64,000 bases of DNA. Origin: Escherichia phage Av-05. The DNA is taken from the sequence record KM190144; one strand, 5' to 3'. The number at the start of each line of letters is the position of its first letter. Position 1 is the first letter of the stretch. This document shows positions 59,299 to 64,000 of the stretch, one piece after another. The notes below the pieces were generated by a model. It was not told the origin of the DNA and did no database searches. It saw only the letters and a list, made by a program, of their open reading frames with translations. The position numbers and the translations under genes were made by a program.

Positions 59299-60300
59299 TT
59301 ACGCTTTCATTGCAGCCGCTTCGCGTGCACGGGCGCGAGCTTTTTCTACGTTGGCTTTCAGAATATCTTCAGCAGACTTATTAATGTCGTCTGTAGTAGC
59401 TTCAGCACCGGAACCATGTTCAGCGGTAGCAAATTCTTTTTTCACAGTCTTAACTTCTTCTTCAAGTTCCTTAATACGAGCCTGTGCTTTTTCCAGAATA
59501 GCCACCACAGGAGCATTAGCTTTCTCGATAATAAAGTTAGCCAGTGCTTCATGATCAGAGTCAGCAGCGAAAGTGAAAGTTTTTGCTTTATTCAGAGCTT
59601 CTTTCTTTTCCACTTCAACGGCAGCTTTGATAATTTCATCAGCTTTAGCAGCTTTGGCTTCAGCTTCTTCTAATTTTTTAACCAGATCCAGATATTCCTG
59701 AGATTTGGTCACATCAACATTATTAGACACTGAGGTCTCCTCTTTTTTCTTGGATTTATCAACTACAGGTTTTGAACCTGCTTCTTTGACGACCCCAGTC
59801 ACCTGGAGATCTTTATCATCACCCTCTACGAAAGTGACTCCTAATTCTGCAACACCTTTTTCAAACAATTGTTGTAATTTTAGCAACTCATATTGTTTAG
59901 CGAGATCTAATTCTTTACCTTCGTGAGCAGCTTTAGCAATTGTTATTGCTTGCACGCGTTCTTCAAGAAATTCTTGATGTTGTGCATTCCATGCCACAAT
60001 AAATTCATCATCAGGGTTTTGCGCCGCATCGTATTCAAGTTCAGTTTCAAAACCAAGAAGTTTTGCCAGCAGTTCTGCATCATCATGCCACATGTAGAAG
60101 AATCTACGCAGAAATTCTTCAAAGCTCATTGTAACAGTTACTTGCTGGAGGGCTTTGATAACGTCTTTAGTAAGCTGCTCAGGTTTAAGATCAGACTTCA
60201 TAAGAAGTGATACTGGTCTTAAATTAGCAGAATACCCTTGAAGCTCATGACACAGTGCAATACCCTTCTCCTTAATGGCTTTGGCCTTTACAATTGTCAT
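59299..60300 (-). CDS. scaffolding protein
   Basis: 333 aa, Ala/Glu/Lys-rich coiled coil; between protease and decoration genes. Confidence 0.5.
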   Translation of the reverse strand: MTIVKAKAIKEKGIALCHELQGYSANLRPVSLLMKSDLKPEQLTKDVIKALQQVTVTMSFEEFLRRFFYMWHDDAELLAKLLGFETELEYDAAQNPDDEFIVAWNAQHQEFLEERVQAITIAKAAHEGKELDLAKQYELLKLQQLFEKGVAELGVTFVEGDDKDLQVTGVVKEAGSKPVVDKSKKKEETSVSNNVDVTKSQEYLDLVKKLEEAEAKAAKADEIIKAAVEVEKKEALNKAKTFTFAADSDHEALANFIIEKANAPVVAILEKAQARIKELEEEVKTVKKEFATAEHGSGAEATTDDINKSAEDILKANVEKARARAREAAAMKA

Positions 60301-60986
60301 TCGTCCTCTTCCTCTGTTTCATCTAGATAACCCAGACATTCGATACCGAAATCAACATCTGTTATTTCTCCTGTTGCTGTGTCCACACGCCCAGAGCACT
60401 GGATGCTTAAACCACCAACAACATTTGCTTTTTTCAAATCCCACAAAGCAGGATCATTATACTTAACCTTGGCTACCCATGTTCCTGCTTTAATTATCTG
60501 TTCCGTCCCAATGACCACAACATCCAGTTCTTCTTGAATCCAAGTTTTTTCAATAGTGAATGCATCAGTCTCGCTAAGATGGAATAAATTTTCTTTCACC
60601 AAACCAGCAGCGAGTGCCTTATCGTAGGATTCTTTTGCCTTTACTATCGTTTCAGGAGACATCCACTCTCCATGGGCATCCTTAGTGTTTGGCTCATAAA
60701 TAACCTCATAAGAGATCATTTGTTCCGCATCTTTTTGGATATTAACTACAGATGTTTCTTTATTAAGACTCTTTTTAAGATTTAGAGATAAAACTCTCTC
60801 AGAAGCCTTTTCTACAGAAATTTCTGGAGAATGGCCTGAGGCAATCAGGCCATTAGCGATATTCAGTATCTTGCTCTTTTGAACAAGAGACAGATCAGAT
60901 ACTGATGAAGGAAGGTCTTTAATGCTTTTAAATTTCATTATTTCCCCATTAACAGTTATTTTAACATCGTTCTTTTTCTTTTGCAA
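60297..60986 (-). CDS. prohead protease
   Basis: 229 aa between portal and scaffold; acidic C-terminus. Confidence 0.45.
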   Translation of the reverse strand: MQKKKNDVKITVNGEIMKFKSIKDLPSSVSDLSLVQKSKILNIANGLIASGHSPEISVEKASERVLSLNLKKSLNKETSVVNIQKDAEQMISYEVIYEPNTKDAHGEWMSPETIVKAKESYDKALAAGLVKENLFHLSETDAFTIEKTWIQEELDVVVIGTEQIIKAGTWVAKVKYNDPALWDLKKANVVGGLSIQCSGRVDTATGEITDVDFGIECLGYLDETEEEDE

Positions 60987-61007
60987 GTTATTTCAGAAGG
61001 TTGAGTG

Positions 61008-62549
61008 TTAATTCTCTAAATTAGAAACAGAATTATCCCTGACAGTAGATATTTTTGATGTTCCGTTACCTGTTGATCCTGGTGTCATACCATCTCCAGA
61101 ACGGCTTACATCCTGACCAAGAATTTGCAACAATTCATCAAGCTCCATATCTTCAGGGATTTCTTCGTCAAAGCCACCAACCTCAAGAATTTTATTAATA
61201 ACTGTAGGTGTTTTAGGCAAATACCCAACAGCACCAATACGCTGAACAAATTTAGAGAAGCCTTCCATATCGACTTCTTGAATAAGTCCAGGTTTCAGTC
61301 TTGGCATATCTTCGTCAGACAATCTTATATCGTTCAAAGCAAGAAGTTGAGGTATTAAGTTCTTATTGAACGCCTCAACAATAATATCAATATCTCTCTG
61401 GACAAAATGACCATGAATAGTTTGTTTTGATTCTGAAAGATTATAAGATCCTTGCCCATCGTTACCTAAGTTAATAAACCCCGCACCAAAACGATCAAGA
61501 ATAGCCTTCTTGCGAGAATTAACAAGCTCTTGAGTGCTGTATTGTTTACCTGCCCCATCTATCCCTTTGAGGGACATTTCATATTGTTTGCCACCTTGGT
61601 TATTGAGATCAGATGGTAAAATAAAGTAGGCTTGTTCTCCAGCATGTGCGTTAGCAGCATCTGCCATTAATCCTTGCACCATAGCAGCTTCTGGTGATGT
61701 TGGATCTATTGCTGCTTTATTAAGGATTTGGGAAGGTATTTTAAGTTCTATGATACCACCAAGGTCTTTAGATGCCCCAATAGTCTCCAAATTTTCTATA
61801 AGGATCTTCTCTCGGAATGCCCTATAACAACCCACTAATGGTGATACCCCAGCCGGGTTTGATTCTGTGCCTCCCAAACTCATTATCATTAACTTATTAA
61901 CTGGAATAAAAACATCATCACCATTAGTTAATTTACGGATAATGCTTAAAGTGTCACCTAGCATTCCGTTTTGTAAATTAGAGAAAGCCAAACTGCTTTG
62001 GTTAATGCCCTTCAGCGTCTTGCCATCGGCATCAAATACCCAAGGCTTTGATCTAGAAAGGCTGCACTGTGGCCTGAATGCAATTTTATCAATCGTAATA
62101 TACCCAGCATACCTTGAAGTCTCTGACTCAGTACGATAAACTTTTTCAAATATCGAAAACCCATACTCATTGAACGTTGCTGCGCTTCGGGCTATATCAC
62201 GCAGAGTTTGTTGGTTAGCAAGATTCTTCAGCGCATACTCCACAAACTCAGCAGCTTTCTTAGATTTTCTGCTACCTCTGTTGTACAAGATTTTAAAATC
62301 ATTGAATGCTTTGGTCACAAAGACATACTTTGTATCAAGGGCTGTGGAAACTGTATGGTCTTGCTTCATGGCTTCAACAGTGGCGATGAAATTAGGCCAT
62401 CTCAACTCCTTAACTTTCATAATCTCTGATTCAGCCCTAAGTTGAGAAAGAGCACCAGAGCCTAACTCTCCGGTGCGAAGACGACTAACAGCAAGTCTCT
62501 CATTACCTGCTTTAGAAATCTCTTCTTGTTGTGCAAATCTTGTTGACAC
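61008..62549 (-). CDS. portal protein
   Basis: 513 aa immediately downstream of terminase fragment. Confidence 0.55.
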   Translation of the reverse strand: MSTRFAQQEEISKAGNERLAVSRLRTGELGSGALSQLRAESEIMKVKELRWPNFIATVEAMKQDHTVSTALDTKYVFVTKAFNDFKILYNRGSRKSKKAAEFVEYALKNLANQQTLRDIARSAATFNEYGFSIFEKVYRTESETSRYAGYITIDKIAFRPQCSLSRSKPWVFDADGKTLKGINQSSLAFSNLQNGMLGDTLSIIRKLTNGDDVFIPVNKLMIMSLGGTESNPAGVSPLVGCYRAFREKILIENLETIGASKDLGGIIELKIPSQILNKAAIDPTSPEAAMVQGLMADAANAHAGEQAYFILPSDLNNQGGKQYEMSLKGIDGAGKQYSTQELVNSRKKAILDRFGAGFINLGNDGQGSYNLSESKQTIHGHFVQRDIDIIVEAFNKNLIPQLLALNDIRLSDEDMPRLKPGLIQEVDMEGFSKFVQRIGAVGYLPKTPTVINKILEVGGFDEEIPEDMELDELLQILGQDVSRSGDGMTPGSTGNGTSKISTVRDNSVSNLEN

Positions 62550-62564
62550 GAATTATCCCCTCTG

Positions 62565-63350
62565 TTATATTCTTTTATACAAGGTAGGAGCTACAATTTT
62601 TGGAATAACAACAGGTTTGACTATTTCTTCTTTTTCAAGATAATTTATCCCAGAAGAAATGGCGTCGACCCAATCGTCTTTTCTTGTCGTCGTACTCCTT
62701 TCCCCATTGAACTTTTCAAGCTCTGTCATAAGGGCTTCATAAGTTTTAGGATCAAAACTATCACGAACTATTCTCACCATACCTGCTTGAGCAAGTTTTG
62801 CAAACGGTGTGAATCGTGTTAATTTTGATTTATTGCTTGGTGTAGGATCTTTTTCTACTGTAAACCCTTCCGCTATTAGTTCACGGGAGCTTGTTAAAAA
62901 TTCACTTATTCCTGCTTGTCCTGGGTCAACACTGAAAATTATGGTGACATCATCACCATCAAAATAAGCCTGTTTCTTAATGATAACATCACGTTCCCCA
63001 GCTTTTTTACAGAATCTTCCCTGCGTTTGAGTCGAATATCTACCATCATCAAAAAATTCAGGACAATAATCACCAGACAAGTAGTAAAAACCATCATTGT
63101 CTTTACTTACCTTAACAGATGCTGTAAAGTCAGGATATCTGTTTCCAGATGTTCTTTCTGTACCTGCTTTATCATACGGACGAACAGATACAACACCGAG
63201 AGGTAAGCAGGGAACCTCTTTTAAATAAGATCTCTGGAAATAGTTTGCCCCTTCAGGTCTTGCATTCCAGTTCCCATGCAACAACTGGGCTTTTTCTACC
63301 TCTGGAAGACCTTCAAGGAATGCTAGATAATCTGGGTTATTCTCCAGCAT
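62565..63350 (-). CDS. terminase large subunit, nuclease-domain portion (N-terminal ATPase portion not contiguous)
   Basis: RNase H-like motifs incl. ...RKDDWVDAISSG...; no Walker A/B; reading frame open only to 63374. Confidence 0.55.
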   Translation of the reverse strand: MLENNPDYLAFLEGLPEVEKAQLLHGNWNARPEGANYFQRSYLKEVPCLPLGVVSVRPYDKAGTERTSGNRYPDFTASVKVSKDNDGFYYLSGDYCPEFFDDGRYSTQTQGRFCKKAGERDVIIKKQAYFDGDDVTIIFSVDPGQAGISEFLTSSRELIAEGFTVEKDPTPSNKSKLTRFTPFAKLAQAGMVRIVRDSFDPKTYEALMTELEKFNGERSTTTRKDDWVDAISSGINYLEKEEIVKPVVIPKIVAPTLYKRI

Positions 63351-63398
63351 GGGAGGATTATCGAATCCTTGTATTCAAGGTTGGACGCAACGCCAACC

Positions 63399-63450
63399 CC
63401 CGCACCGCTACGTGCTGCTGCATGTCACCAGCAGCACGTAGTGGTGCGGG
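63399..63450. repeat. 22-bp palindrome with 8-nt loop (one G-T pair)
   Basis: CCCGCACCGCTACGTGCTGCTG / CAGCAGCACGTAGTGGTGCGGG; each arm continues into sequence resembling the 3' end of pol intron 2. Confidence 0.8.
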
Positions 63451-63864
63451 ATAAGAGTAGCGATCTTATCTGAACAAAAAACGACACAATTCACATGGTC
63501 ACAGATAGATTATCTGATATCTCGTCTACGTTCAAACTCTAAATATCCGAGCAGGATGGTTATTTCTTGTAACCCTGATCCAGATCATAAGATCAAGGAG
63601 TTGATTTCTTGGTATTTAGATGATGAGGGATATCCTATACCTGAACGCGATGGGGTGATTAGATGGTTTATAAGACGTGACGGGGAGTTTATCTGGGGTG
63701 AATCAGAGCAAGAATTAATTGAAAAGTATTGGGATGGCAAGGATGAGAAAAGAAAGCCTAAACCACTTTCATTTTCCTTCATTTCCGCAACCATTAAAAG
63801 AATAGTGGCTTCATGCAGTAATGCATGTCGAATAACTTCGTTAATTGCTGGAAACTCTCAATAA
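63442..63864 (+). other. open frame on opposite strand with possible terminase ATPase motif-III-like segment
   Basis: frame open 63442-63864; ...SRMVISCNPDPDH... loosely resembles terminase ATPase motif III; ends with TAA directly before intron-like core. Confidence 0.3.
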
Positions 63865-64000
63865 GAGACAATCAGCAGCGAAGCGTCTATTGACGAACGT
63901 TCAACGACTATCCCGTAAGGGAGTAGAGCGCAAGCTAATGGCGTTCGAAAAGCGAAGCACCCATTATGTGTGGGTGGTGATATAGTCTACTCTGCATGGT
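63865..64000 (+). mobile_element. group I intron-like core on + strand, truncated by window end
   Basis: Q-like caatcagcagcg, R-like cgttcaacgactatcc, S-like gatatagtctac in plus orientation, near-identical to pol intron elements. Confidence 0.5.

Noticed and set aside
57181-63350. T4-type head genes (gp20/21/22/23)
   Set aside because: The capsid protein is 337 aa with lambda gpE-like segments, and the gene order is terminase-portal-protease-scaffold-decoration-capsid, unlike the T4 arrangement.
1-64000. CRISPR array or tRNA genes
   Set aside because: No regularly spaced direct repeats seen, and no cloverleaf-like segments with GTTC-type T-loops found by eye; tRNAs cannot be fully excluded without a scanner.

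Overview
Phage DNA (likely an Escherichia host), densely coded and mosaic. 1-11.1 kb (+): late baseplate/tail-fibre genes. 11.2-42.5 kb (-): early/replication block with rIIA, rIIB, an Rnl2-like RNA ligase, an SF1 helicase, a T7 gp4-like primase-helicase, and a family A DNA polymerase split into three exons by two group I introns that each carry an HNH homing endonuclease. 42.6-57.1 kb (+): T-even-like early genes (nudE, e lysozyme, denV, regB, tk, a GrcA/Y06I-like gene and several internal-protein-like genes) behind GTTTAC/TATAAT-type promoters. 57.2-63.4 kb (-): a lambda-like head module (portal, protease, scaffold, decoration, major capsid) and the nuclease-domain part of the large terminase. 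The most unusual locus is the window end: the terminase ORF has no N-terminal ATPase part, and the 650 bp upstream hold a 22-bp palindrome and opposite-strand group I intron-like sequence. Other candidates are a MoxR-like ATPase with a vWA/metallopeptidase partner, two macro-domain paralogs, an HD-domain hydrolase and the internal-protein locus. All calls come from reading the six-frame translations and recalled motifs; no searches were run. Protein names are recollection-based, many start codons are uncertain, and I saw no tRNA or CRISPR.
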